Origin: Eledone cirrhosa
Lineage: Eukaryota
DNA: 64,000 bases
NCBI GenBank assembly: GCA_964016885.1
Contig: OZ024742.1
Span: 173,910,001-173,974,000, forward strand
Direction of reading: 5' to 3'
Shown here: positions 38,201 through 51,139 of the stretch, one piece after another
How the letters are laid out: every line of letters starts with the position of its first letter
Position numbering within the stretch: position 1 is the first letter of the stretch
Program-made: the position numbers and the translations under genes
The notes under the pieces: model-generated
Database searches by the model: none
Seen by the model: only the letters and a program-made list of their open reading frames with translations
Told to the model about the DNA's origin: nothing

Positions 38201-39075
38201 CCATGTCAGATTATTTCATTTTCATCCATTCGATCATAATTTCATCCTTCAAGTTGGTAAGTTCATTCTTATTCAATTCTTTATCATTTACGATCTCATT
38301 GTTTTCATTTCGAGTTTCATCTTGAGCATGCACTCCCTCCACTTTTTCGATCCTTTCTTTAATTTGTTCTGTTGTCAGTGATTCCGCGCCAACCCTGGTA
38401 TTCGAAGTGTTACAATTTACCTCGTTTTCACTGACACATGTTTCATTTTCCCTTCGCTGACTTTGTGCTAATAGCTTGATCTGATCAATTTCTATATCAG
38501 TTAGTCATTTTATTTTAATAATATTTCTTCGTATATTGGCTAGTTTGTTACTGTCAATATAGCCTCTGTTTTCGGGATGTTTCTTTTTCCAGTTGATATA
38601 TGTCTGTTCTGTATTCGTTGTATTTGATGGGTAGTACATGGCAGTGTAGAAAGTCTCAAGGACTTCTTTATTATCTTCCCTTGACCATTTTTCTATCTTT
38701 TTCTTTGGATTTATTGGTAGTGAGCATGGAGGGCCAACAGTAGGAGTATTCCGGTTATGGGAGGTCTCCAGCTCCGAAGTGATGGGAAGGTTTGAACCAT
38801 TAGCTGATTTTTCGACCCCAGTCTGGTTCCTCTCTGAGGGACACGGCCCTTTTTGACCCGTGTGACGGCCGAACTGGTATGAGATTTTATCATTTGACAT
38901 TTACTTTATTTTGTCGCGTTTTATCCTTATCCGCCAAGGGATAATCATTTCGTGTTACCACTTCTAGGACGAGTGTCAACCAAGACTAGAGGGGTCGTCC
39001 TCCCCTAGAGACACGGCTATTCCCCGCTTGCCGCCATCCCGGTATTTCTTGGTCACGGGGTTTTCTTTTTTGTTG
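35218..39075 (-). mobile_element. R4/Dong-clade element (family D2), near full-length, decayed
   Basis: N-terminus 38505-38900, RT 35891-37864 (YRPITCL, QGDSLSP, FYMDD), RHD/KPD RLE 35362-35930; own-strand (AAT)n tail shared with copy 6. Confidence 0.9.
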
Positions 39076-39933
39076 TTTTTTAAATTGTTATTATCATGAG
39101 TGGTTCCTTAATGTGAGCATTGCGTGGCTTAAGAATGAAATTATTAATAATATAATATACTTTTTGCTGAAGTTGCCTGTCATTGTTGTTGGCTATGTCG
39201 GTGTTAGTGCTGGGGCTTTTTCTATTGTTGGTGAGGAAGGGGGGACCCAGCAGTGCCATAGTCGTTGACATTAGACCGAGTCACTAAGTCAATCTATTTA
39301 TATATTTTGCTAGCCTCTCCCTTATCTTTTGATACCGCCACCTTCCCCTTTCTTAAGTTAACAGAAGGTAGTGAAGGAATAGTGGTGGTAGCAATGAAAG
39401 AGTGGTGGCGGCGGTGATGGGATAGTGGTAGGAATGATGTATGTGGTGGTGGCGGCGGTGACTATAGTGATGGCGTTGTCGTTACTGAGTTTTGTTTAAT
39501 AGACTGTAGTTTGTTTGATCTGTGTATATATGCGGTTTGTCGCGTATGTTTAATATATGTGTTGACATATAACTTTAATATTTGAATTAAACATTTTGAG
39601 AAAACTTGAGACACAATAATAATAGTAATTATTATTATTATAATGGGATTGGTGGTGGTGGTGGTGGTGAAATTGCCGTTATCTGGCTGTTGTATTTAGT
39701 GTACAAAGATGGGTAGGTGGTGTATCTAGTTTGTGGTGTTGGTGAATTGCTGTTATTTGGCTGTTCTATATAGTGTAGACAGATGGGTTTTTTTTCCATT
39801 ATAACCATTTTCTGTTTTTGAATATAAAATTTATAATACAAAATTGAATATTTGAGCGGTATAACAGGATAGTATGGATCCGAATTGTCTGAGAGTTAAG
39901 TCTGGTGCTTTATGTATCATTATTATTATTATT

Positions 39934-40058
39934 TCAAATCCCGCCGAGGTTAGCTTTGCCTTTCATCCTTGCGGGGTCGATAAAATAAAGTACCAGTAAT
40001 GTACTGGGTTATTGCTGACCTTGTGCCTAAAGTAGAAACAATTATTATTATTATTATT
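39934..40058 (+). mobile_element. 5'-truncated Deu/Nin-like SINE between (ATT)n tracts
   Basis: Starts at tcaaatcccgccgagg, ends gtagaaaca(att)n. Confidence 0.85.
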
Positions 40059-42487
40059 GAATGCTATGGTTGACGGAGGCTCGACTCTGTAAGGTATTGT
40101 AAATTTTGAACACTATAACAATTGTAAATTGTTTAAAACTTTAACGAACTTGCAGACAAAAACACCCTCCTCCTCGTGAGAGGGGTCTTTCTGCCCGTTA
40201 TTTGGCCCTTCGGGGTTAAATAACTGCTTATTGGGGTTTTGTACCCAATATTTATTTTAAACAAAAAAAAACAACATGGCTACGAAAAAGAAATTTCATA
40301 GGTCACTCCCACTCATTCCGTCTTCTTCTTCCTCAATCATCACTACAGCTGAGAGAAGATTGTCTCTCTCCCTCCCTTCTTTAAATGTGTCTCTTTCCCT
40401 CCCTTCTCTTTCGCAAGCGACGAAAGAAAAGAAAAGTCTCGTGCAAAGCGTGCAAGGTTTCTCCACGACGACGATGACAGCGACGAAACAGGTGTGCGGG
40501 AAATATGAAAACCCAGTTCATTCGTCTGACGTCAGGAATAATAGCAGTAGCAGCCGTAATAACAACAGCAACAGTGACAATGAAAACAACAGTAGCAGCC
40601 GCAACAGCATCACCAGCAGCATAAACAACAACAGCATTAGCAGCAGCAGCAACACCAACAACAACCACAGCAACAGCGGCGGAGGCAGTAGTCGTAGTAC
40701 CTGCAGCAACAACAAAAGTAACAGCAGCTCTGACGACAACAACAACAACAGCAGCAAAGAAAAACCAATCTCATTTGCAGGTATTGCGAAAAACTTGGAA
40801 ACAATCCTCATAACAAATGAGGAATTAGAGGAAGCGAAGAAGATGGTGACAAAGAATGGACACCGAGCAATCTGCAAGGCAGCGGAAAAATGATTAGAAA
40901 CCCAACAGCACTGTACGGTCACGTACCGTACAGTAAGTACAAAATCCCGTAGAGTGGAAAGAGCCACAGCGGCTCAAATACAAAAAGCCTTGGGGTCTGT
41001 GTGGCAGCGGAAAACGCACATCACCCGAGGCAAAAAATATGCCACCGTAGACGTACTTTTTGCCACACCCCAGGAGGCAAAGGCCCAAACCGTAGTGACC
41101 CTAAGGAGCGAGGAAATGGTGTTGGTGCCCTCCTACAGCGGGCAAAAAATTGTGAGGGTCAAACTGACCCACGTTCCCCCCGGAATGGCCCCTTCTTGGC
41201 TGGCCGCTTCTGTCCTCGTCGGAATCGAGGACAAAACAACTGTACTGCAAGTACAGAAAAAAGTAAGAGAAGATTGGGTCGGCACCTCCATTGAGATGCT
41301 AATCCAAACCAACCAGGAGTGCATCGAAGCTATCCCGGATGTGATAGACTTCGATAACGGCACTCAACTGCCCATAAGTGTTGAGGGCAAACGCCCGAAA
41401 TGCTTTCGCTGTCGATCAAAGACTCACCTCAGGGCCTTCTGCAACGAGAAGACCCTGAAAAAGGAGAAAAACACCCTCCTACCGAAACCGGCTCCACGGC
41501 TACCAGCAACAGGACAAGCGGCAACCAGGAACGATAGGTCCGTGGCACCCATACCCACGACACGGAAATCAAAAACAGCAGCATCAGTGGAAATATTAAC
41601 AACAACAACAGCAATACCAAATGCAGCTGCAACAGAGACTCCAGTGCAAATATCACCAACAACAACAAGTGAAACATTGGAGCTGGTACCCCTCCCCGAC
41701 CTCACAGAATCAGACATGGAGTGTGAGGTGGGAGAGGGATGGCAAAAGGTCGTAAGAAGGCACAAACGCAGAAGCAGCGCATCTTCGCCTTTGAAAAGGG
41801 AGGAAAGAAATGAGAAAAGGGTAAACTCTACTGCAAAGAGATCCACAGCAGCAACACCACCAACACCATCACCACCCACACTAGCACCACCATCACCACC
41901 GGCGACAACCCCACCGCCAACAACACCTTCAACACCACCACCACAAGCACCAACATCGCAAACACAACAACAAAACACACACACCCAGCAACAACGACAA
42001 GAAAATAGCAGAACCACACCCCACCCCCAGAAAAACAAATGCACGGCAATAAATATACACAACAAGAAACTAATGACTTACATAATTGAACACACAGACA
42101 TTTCACAACAGGACTACATAATACCAGCACCAATCAAAACGCCAGCTAACATAAGAATGCTAAAAATAGCACAGAAACAATACACAAACATTAAAACGAA
42201 ATTCCCCAACGCAGTTGGTGATTTCAGGGACCTAGGAGGAACTATCAATCGAAGAGTATATTCAGACATTCACTTAGAAGAGCCGACGACCAGCCGAAGG
42301 GACGATTCAACGGTCCCTTCACAAGACGATCAAGTGAAAAGGGATGTGAAAACCATCCCTCCTCTACGAAAAGTACGGTAAGTGGTCTTTCCCATCTTTT
42401 CCACTCTATTTTAAACATGACCTCACTCAGAATAGGCAGAATAAATGCGCGTGGCTTGGGGGCGTCATGGAAGCAGGGTCACCTGCT
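40059..42487 (+). mobile_element. Tx1-clade LINE copy 7 (family B): 5' UTR, ORF1 and first ~70 nt of ORF2
   Basis: Highly similar to 29144-31558; ORF1 40276-42381 with a premature TGA at 40891; ORF2 ATG at 42417. Confidence 0.92.
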
Positions 42488-42974
42488 ACTGCTATTATTC
42501 CTGACGTCAGACGAATGAACTGGGTTTTCGTATTTCCCGCACACCTGTTTCATCGCTGTCGTCGTCGTCGTGGAGAAACCTTGCACGCTTTGCACGAGAC
42601 TTTTCTTTTCTTTCGTCACTTTCAAAAGAGAAGGGAGGGAGAGAGACACATTTAAAGAAGGGAGGGAGAGAGACAATCTTCTCTCTGCTGTAGTGATGAT
42701 TGAGGAAGAAGAAGACGGAATGAGTGGGAGTGACGTATGAAATTTCTTTTTCGTAGCCATGTTGTTTTTTGTTTAAAATGAATATTGGGTACAAAACCCC
42801 AATAACTGGTTATTTAACCCCGAAGGGCCAAATAACGGACAGAAAGACCCCTCTCACGAGGAGGAGGGTGTCTTTATCAACAATTTGGTTCAAGTTTTAA
42901 ACAATTTACAATTGTTTTAACGGTTAAAAATGACTATACCTTACAGAGCCGAGCCTCCGTCAACCATGGCATTC
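42483..42974 (-). mobile_element. Inverted 5' fragment of a family B Tx1 (5' UTR plus ~92 codons of ORF1)
   Basis: Reverse complement of about 29144-29635; outer flank is (AAT)n at 42975-42994. Confidence 0.93.
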
Positions 42975-44064
42975 AATAATAATAATAATAATAAGCCCTT
43001 CTTTTGTTAGTTCACCCACACACACTTTCTAACACACATGTATAACGTTTTAACTTTACGTATGAAAGGACTCTTCTGGTCATAATAAAAGAAACAAAAT
43101 TGTTATTATTACGTTTGTTATTTCCGTGCTTGTCGGAATTATAATTATTGTTGTTGTTGTCCTCCTTCATCTGTATTAATGAAACTTAATTTATGTTGAT
43201 GGTGAGTGTTCTAGTAGTTCGAGCAATGTAGCAGCTAGTTCAAGTAATTAAAATGTAAGTAGCTGATTATTTCATAAACAGTGTATGACAAAGCTGGCTC
43301 TTTGAATTATATTGTACAGTGCATCTGAAGGGCTTCTAAACAGTTATAAGACATAGCATGGCCTGAAATTATGGTATATGACAATTGTCCAAGATACCAT
43401 GCAGTTGGATTGAACCTGGGACCTAATGATTATGTAGCAAACTTCTTAATCATTCGGCCATGCTTTGGTCATAGCTTCACCTTTAGTTTCAAGATGTAAG
43501 GTCAAGTATTGACACACGACTTCTCATTTCACTTCTTGCTTTTCCTAGTGAAATTTATATTCATTAGAAAACATTTCAAATTCTTGACTTATTGGAAACA
43601 GCAGCTTTTGAAACATATATACATATAGACAACAGACTAGGAAACATATCCAATTTTGGAGAGTTCTGATGTAGAACTGTCAATGTCAAGTAGAAGAAAT
43701 ATCCAATAGAATCTGCCAAAAAGTCTTGTCATAGCCATTGCAACATGATCTTCACTACATCACTTAACTTCTGACACATGCTTGAAATTATTAGAATTCC
43801 ATCCATTGAGTAGTAATTGCATGGCAAGCAAAGGGCATACAGTTACCATCAAGCTTCTACAACTACTTACTTGCGGCTTTTGCTTACAAATTTCTCCATT
43901 TATCAGTTGTTTTCATAGAAATCAAAACTGACGCACGAGATGTCCTGGCGACAAATAAATGTCTAGAGGAAATTGTTGAGAGGTTAAAATCATTCTAAAT
44001 AGTTATTAAGGAAATAGCTTATTGTTGAAGCTACTTAATTATGTGCTGATAGTTATAATGTACA

Positions 44065-44420
44065 ATCATGTGGCCTAATTGTTAGGACATAAAATTATAA
44101 GTTTGATTCCTAGATTGGACAGCCTGTTGTGTCTTTGAGTAGCACATTTATTTCACATTGCTCCAGTTCATTCTGATGGGAAGACTAAGTAACAAGCAGC
44201 AGCTAGATTTTAAATGTGTGTTGGACTAGCATTCCTTTCATGAGGAGTCATTTACCTGAAATGACACCTGTTCCAAGCTATATCAATCTCTGCTTTTCCC
44301 ATGGACAACCACAATGACATGGATTGGTGAGATCGGTATACATGTGTGACTGTTGGCCTTCCATAAAACACTTTGTTCGTGCTTGTGTCTTGGAGAGGAA
44401 CTTTCCAGGTTCAAATCCAC
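44065..44420 (+). mobile_element. Degenerate tRNA/CORE-like SINE
   Basis: tggcctaattgttagg, ttgtgtctttgagtagcacatttatttcac, ggaactttccaggt; related to 58915-59232. Confidence 0.55.
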
Positions 44421-44629
44421 TCCTGATTGCTTCAAAAGCTCTGATTTCCCGCCTCTGAGAAACATTTCAAATGAATGCAATTCCTCAACTTAGCAAAAGC
44501 AGCACCTCAAATAATGGAGGTACTCTTCATGGACAGAATATACTTTATATTTTAATAACTACTAATATCCTACAAAGCCCTGGTGAGACCTAATATAGAA
44601 CATTGCTTCCTCGCCTGGGATAGTTTTGC

Positions 44630-44633
44630 TACA

Positions 44634-44669
<36 letters not shown>

Positions 44670-44710
44670 GCTACTGCTACTACTACTACTACTACTACTG
44701 CTACTACTAA
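44630..44710 (+). repeat. (CTA)n microsatellite
   Basis: Seen directly. Confidence 0.9.
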
Positions 44711-45385
44711 TACACACATCATAGACCATTTATAACCTCTTCATGAGGTTTTTGAATTTGAAAATAATCAAGAATCTGGAGAGATTTAGTAATATATCTA
44801 ACTTTATCATTTCTTTCGGTGATATGTAATTTGTTTTCTATAAGTAAGAATTGTTTCTAAAATAGTCATAATGCCTGTCATTTTGGAGATGGGGAAAGTC
44901 GATTAAATCAACTCCCGTAATTTTATTTAATTGAACTTGTAATGATGAAAGGCAAAGTTGACCCGAGAGAAATTTCAACTCAGAATGTCGGAAATGCAGC
45001 AAAGTATTTTGTCTGATGTTGCCAATGCACCACTTTAAATTTATCATTATTAATCTGGCATTTGGAACATAACAAAGATTCTTACATAAAATCATGATTG
45101 AATGTAACGTATAAACTTAAACGCGTTAAACTAAATAGTTTTGTATAGTAGAACTGCAGGTGATTTCAGGCTATTTGGTATCAAAGTGGTTTATAACTAC
45201 TAGTCCTCAACAAAACTCCACTGAGACACAAATGGATCATTGCTCCTATTTTTGATACAGTGTTACTGCTACACACATTAAAACCATAGAATGCAGTCAA
45301 AGAAAGTTTAGCTGATAGATTCATATAACATAGACCACCAATACACTCCAATCATGTGTTGTCTTTCTGTTTGATTTAGCCATCA

Positions 45386-45600
45386 CTACAATAGCAATGT
45401 TTATTTCTCCAAGTTTGCTGGTCATGTGCTATAACAGAATTGTCTGTTTCTTCAGGTTTCCTGGTTATGATCTACAACAGCAATGTCTGTTTCTCCACAT
45501 TTGCTAGTCATGTTCTACAACAGTGATGTCTGTTTCTCCAAGTTTGCTGATAATTACAACAGCAATGTCTGTTTCTCTAAGATTGCAGGTCATGTGCTAC
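45386..45600 (+). repeat. Minisatellite, ~43-bp unit x5
   Basis: Unit ctacaacagcaatgtctgtttctccaagtttgctggtcatgtg, diverged copies. Confidence 0.85.
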
Positions 45601-48254
45601 CTACACACATTCATTCCTGACTCATCCCTCTCTTCACTTCTCACTCATCTTATTTCCATTCCTAGGGCGATATTCTAACCTCTACATAGAAGAATTCTTT
45701 TATGGAACTTCATTTTTTGAAAATTCCCTCCTTGCACATGTCACTCTCACAGACATCTGATTGAAACAGATCAAGAGGAATATAGAGGGCATCAGGTTTA
45801 TATTTTCTTGGAGAGACTGAAAAGGCCATGAATTTGTCCAGGCCAATCAATTTGTCTGACTGTCAGAAATAAAAATTAGATGGTTTATTTAAATGTTTAA
45901 TGGATTTTCAGTACAATCTTTACAGAAAGCAATATTGGTATTTGATCAGAAATGCATTCGTTAGAGATAACTTGACTGTTATTCAGTAAATGTCTAAATT
46001 TATAAACCTGTTTAACCAAGATTTAACATGTATAAGTCAAATGTGAACTGTATATAATTATACCATTAAACATTTCTGCATTTCTGTTATTCTAAGCCAA
46101 CAAATATTCATTTTTAATATTTCTATTTTGCTATTCAATCAATAATATTTTGGCATGTTATGCTGAATCTGCACTTCCACTGAAGACTTAGAGAATCACA
46201 TCTCCTATAGTGACTTATGAAAAAATATTATTGGTCTTCAACTAACTTTAATTTTCTCTAATAACATATCTAAATAGACTTCGACATTTTGATATCCATC
46301 ATCATCATCATCATCATCATCATTATCATCATCGTCATCATTTAACATCTGTTTTCCCTCCCAACACATTTTGGATGGTTTGTCACAGAGACATTCAGTA
46401 CTTAATTCAAAGTAGGGAGTTCTCAGATCTTGCTTACATAAGCTTTTTGCATTCTAGAGATTGCACAATGTGCCTTTTATTTTAACATCAGCCCTAAGGA
46501 GATTATAATGTCTTCAACACAACTAAAGAGTCCTCTTGACTCTTTGTTTGGAAAATTTATTTTCAATGGATGCTCTTCCTGTCATTAACACTTTTATAAA
46601 GAATACTGGGTTCACTTATTGTGTCATAAATACTAGATAGGTTGTTGTGCCTTTGACATAACTCATCTGGTTTATTGACCCATTTTTACCAGGGTGTCCT
46701 TGTCCATAAATATACTGTCACTTGCTGAACCCTTTATAGTTATGGTTTCTTTATTGCAATGGTATCTTGAGAAGGTGTCATTTTTAGCCTTGGGGTGACT
46801 AAAGAATTGTGAATGAAATTGTATCTACAGATGGATGGACTGTGCCCATAATTCAAAGGGCCAGCTTTGTCACACTGTGCCATTCTGAATCTCTCTGAAT
46901 CATCATGACAATGTTATTGTTGACGATGATGGTGATGATGCCGATGATGATGATGTCAATACTTATATTGTTGTTGCTGTTTTTGTTGATATATTGGTGT
47001 CTGTTTTTGCCTAAGCAAAATTGTCAGCCATTGTTTGTTTTCTAATTGGAAGTGGATTTTACAATGTATTTGGTGATGGCCTCCCAAGACCTATGAAACC
47101 AACCAGTGTTCTAGTTGATCAGTTGAAACTTGGTTGCTATAGTTTGTAAGTTGCTCATGTAGGAAGTACTAGGCATAGTTGATATGATTTGGACATACAT
47201 AAGTGCAATAATAGAAGAGTGGCACAAAACCAGCTAGCTTCAAGGAATAGAGGTCATTATATTTATGGTAGAAAAAATAGAGTCAAAATCAAAAGAAACA
47301 TTCATTTTATGGACCCATTTCAATTATTCTATTACCACTATACCACAAATGTTCAAGTGATATGAATAGCTAAATGCAATTTGTTGTGAAAAAAGTAACA
47401 AAAAGGAAAAAGAAAGTCTTATTTAATAAATGGAATTATGGAAAGTGGAGAAGTTTCTATTCATTGTATTATAAATGAGATTATTTTCTATAACGTTTTT
47501 TTTTGTTTGTTTCAAGAATATAACAACAATTTAGAAAAATAATAAAGTCCATCTTTTATTCTGACCTAGAATGCTCTAAGAATGAATGTTAGAATATGTT
47601 GCTAAGAATAGTTTTATAATAACCCAACAAAGTTTAGACACAAACCAGATTAGTGGAAAATACTCTAACGAAATATTCGAATTGAAAAATAGATTAAATT
47701 TTTCTAACATCTGCTAATTCTACTTTAATTCGATTTTTCTGTACTAATTAACTGTTTCATCTGCAGAAATGCTCGTTGGATATGACTTTTGATGCACCTT
47801 TATTTAAATTACTCTGCCTAATTAGTGAGATAATCAAAGAAAACAAAATTCATTGATGCATGTATGAAAAATAAAGATTTTGTTATATTTATTGTCTTCA
47901 TTTTGCTTCTGTTTATTTGTGAATTAATATATTTTTTAGGGAAGGAAAGAAAATAATAAATAAAATGAAGATAGTTCTTATTTCTTATAAAGTATAATTT
48001 AGACTAAGAAAGAAAAAAATTGGAATTGTGTATTATATTTTCACATTGTTTTTGTTACATGTTTTACTACTTGCCTCTAGTAATTTAGTTTCTTCGCTAT
48101 TGCATGCTAGTCATGTGTGAAATTGTACAGATATGATAGTATTATGTACGGTGGAAATATCACAATTTTCAAAGACGAAAATTGTATGGAAGATCATTGC
48201 AGCAGAAAGCTCCCACAAACCTATGAGATAATTATATATATGACAACAACATCA

Positions 48255-48905
48255 ATAATAATGGTTTCTTCTATAGGCACAAGGCCAGCAATTTTGGGGG
48301 AGGGGAAAGTTGATTAAATTTTATCGACCTCATAAGGATGAAAGGCAAAGTTAACCTTGGCGGGATTTGAACTCAGACCACAAAGGGCCGTAACTCTCTG
48401 CTCCAAAGTATACCATCTGACCCTCTACCAATATTGCCAATCCAGCGCCATAATAATAATAATAATGATTTCTGATTTATATATAAAGTAAAAGGCCAAC
48501 AATTTTAGAGAGGGGAGATTTGATTACATTGATTCCGATAGTTTATCTCCCTCAAAAAGATGAAAGGCAATTTTAACCTCAGTGGTATATGAATTCAGAA
48601 TGTAAAGATCTGAAAAATACTGCCGTGCATTTGACTGGTGAAATAACATCTCTGCCAATTCATCACCAATACAATAGCAATGACAATAACAATGACAATA
48701 ACAAAACATAATAATAATAGTTTCTACTTTTGGCACAAGGCCAGCAATTATCCCAGTGCATTACTGGTACTTTATTTTATCGACCCCGTAAGGATGAAAG
48801 GCAAAGTTAACCTCGGAGGGATTTGAACTCAGAATGGCAAAGGCCGTAACTCTAAGCGTCAAAGCATGGTGTCCGACCCTCTACCGATATTGCCAATCCA
48901 CAAAA
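48255..48905 (-). mobile_element. Tandem array of three Deu/Nin-like SINEs
   Basis: Copies at about 48255-48450, 48451-48670 and 48710-48905, each preceded on + by (AAT)n. Confidence 0.8.
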
Positions 48906-48917
48906 CATAATAATAAT

Positions 48918-49710
48918 ATCAACTGAGAACAATTGCATCCCACAAAGCCAATATACATAGGCTGTATATCTCAAGAGTGAATTTAGACAAGGGCTCCTAC
49001 AACTAGAAGCTGCATACCAAAGAGTCAACATTGGATTAGATATCTTCATCTACCACACCCAACAGGAACTTTTCAACATGAAAAGAAGAGAAGATACTTC
49101 ACTCAATAACAAAAGGGACAAACTAATTTAGACAAAATTTGGACATGGAATAAGATAAACCCATAGAAGATCAAAACCAGAGTGCTGCACATCTTGCTAA
49201 GATTGAAAATATCAAAGCAAAGAAACTTTAAACAGAGGAACTAACCCATGAATGGAACACAAACCACTACATGGTAGATTCCCAGAGTGCCTTTCTGCCA
49301 ATGATATTGATCAGCATGGCTCACTAACTTGATTGATGCGCTAGTCTGAAACCTGAGACTTAGGGACTCTTAGTAGCTGCACAATAACTTAGTAGCTGCA
49401 GAATATGCAACAAATATGAAGAAACGATAGATTATGATATCTTCAAGTGTCTAACGCTAGCAAAAAGTGATAATATAGGAATACACAATTGCATTTCCAA
49501 ATATGTGCATTCGATGCTTTGCCACTGTCATGATATCCAAACCTCCAACAAATGGAATGAACATCAACCAAAATCTGTCATGGACAATGACAACATATTC
49601 ATTCTGTTGCATATACCCATGATAACTGACTAAGAAACTGGTGCCACAGACCAGATATCATCATAAAACCCAAACAGATAAGTTATGTAACTTGATAGAT
49701 ATTGCTCTAC
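48918..49710 (+). mobile_element. Highly decayed R4/Dong 3' remnant
   Basis: Traces of HPKAD..RLYI.R..G.GLLQLE, LKPET, ICNKYEETID, RPDII; follows (AAT)n. Confidence 0.7.
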
Positions 49711-51139
49711 CAATACTAAGGTTTAGTTATGTTACTCTCTGGGTTTTGCACTCTAGGAATCCTTGTAGTTTTCTTTAATGGTATCACTGGCTCTAGCTGT
49801 AATATATTTCAGGTTCAAATCTTCACACTAGTTCCAAATTAATCTTCCATTACTCTAAGAACTTGTGTTTATTATATAATCTAACAAAATCTACATTAAA
49901 TATCAGTTTCAAATATTGTGATTTAAAATATAGTTTGATACGTATTGGAATTATAAAGTTGCCTTTATAAATCTTCTTTTAAATCTTTGCATTAGTTTGA
50001 ATTGGAAATGAACCAAGATGTTTAATCATCAAAATAAATTGCAACCCGTAAAATATTGAGTGTTCTTCAAAAAGCCATGTTTTGCCTGGCATAAGCATTT
50101 ATTGTTTTACTTAACCATTTTCCCAAAGTAATATTTCTTTGTCTCAGATATATAGCTCGATAATTGATGCCAAAATTGAATATTGCAGATTTAAGAACCA
50201 TTTTGAGAGTTCTTGTGCTAGTATTAAAGTGTTTCTACTTTGAAATTATTGTAAGTAAAACTGTAAAATTCTTTTTACAAGCTTTTATTAATTTTTCTGT
50301 AGGTTGTAAAATGTTCAAAAGTATATACATTAAGGAGATTTAGATTCTCTATCGAGTATGTACTATACATTTGTTATGAACTTATATATTATCTTTAATA
50401 AACATATATTACATACACATATTATGTTTCGTACGCTACAAGGAAACCTATAATTTTCAGCTCAAAATTTCCATTACTCCATACTCTACAGTTGAGAAAC
50501 TATACCACTTTCAGAAAACACTTTCAGAATTAGAATGCTTTTTATCTTAAGACTGTTAACCAAGGGCTGAGTTTAAATTCCATAGCTAAACACTAAATCT
50601 GAAACATTCTAATATAAATACGAACCTGTAAGAATTTTGAGTTAAATGTTATCCTAAAACATCTTGATCTAAGCAGAAACCATTAAAAACCGCAAGCTAA
50701 ATAAACCTTTGAATATCTCAAGCTAAGTGCAACACATTAAAAGTCATGAGTTAAGAATTGATCTTCAAATATCTTGACCAATCAATAAAAAAAGTGCAAC
50801 TCATGCAGGCAGTCATTGGGGTGCCACTCTAGAGTAAAATACATTTGAGGAAACGTTATTTCTATTACAGATGTACAATGTTTCAGGATTTAAAAATACA
50901 TTATTTCAAAGAGATAAAAACGATTAAAAAAAAAACGTTTTTCCGCTACATGACATCGCGTTATATAATGTTGCTCTGAAAGTAAATTTGAAGAAACGAT
51001 ATTTCAATACTGGAGGTATTGTTTTCCAATATTTAAAATGTCTTGAGATTAACAACAAAATTTGAAGGTTATGAGATAAATATAAACCGTAAGATATCAG
51101 GTTGAACACTACTAAAAATGTTTAGCTAAATATAAATTC

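Noticed and set aside
39080-39900. GT-rich stretch resembling an antisense ORF1 or element 5' end
   Set aside because: No recognisable motif; cannot be assigned without a search
29144-42974. 13.8-kb DNA transposon with ~490-bp terminal inverted repeats
   Set aside because: The repeats are LINE 5' ends and no transposase is encoded
434-42994. Telomeric retrotransposon array (HeT-A/TART or SART/TRAS-like)
   Set aside because: No TTAGGG/TTAGG repeats at the junctions, and ordinary genic DNA follows
45386-45600. CRISPR-like periodic repeats (also 59653-59820)
   Set aside because: No unique spacers and no cas genes; eukaryotic minisatellites
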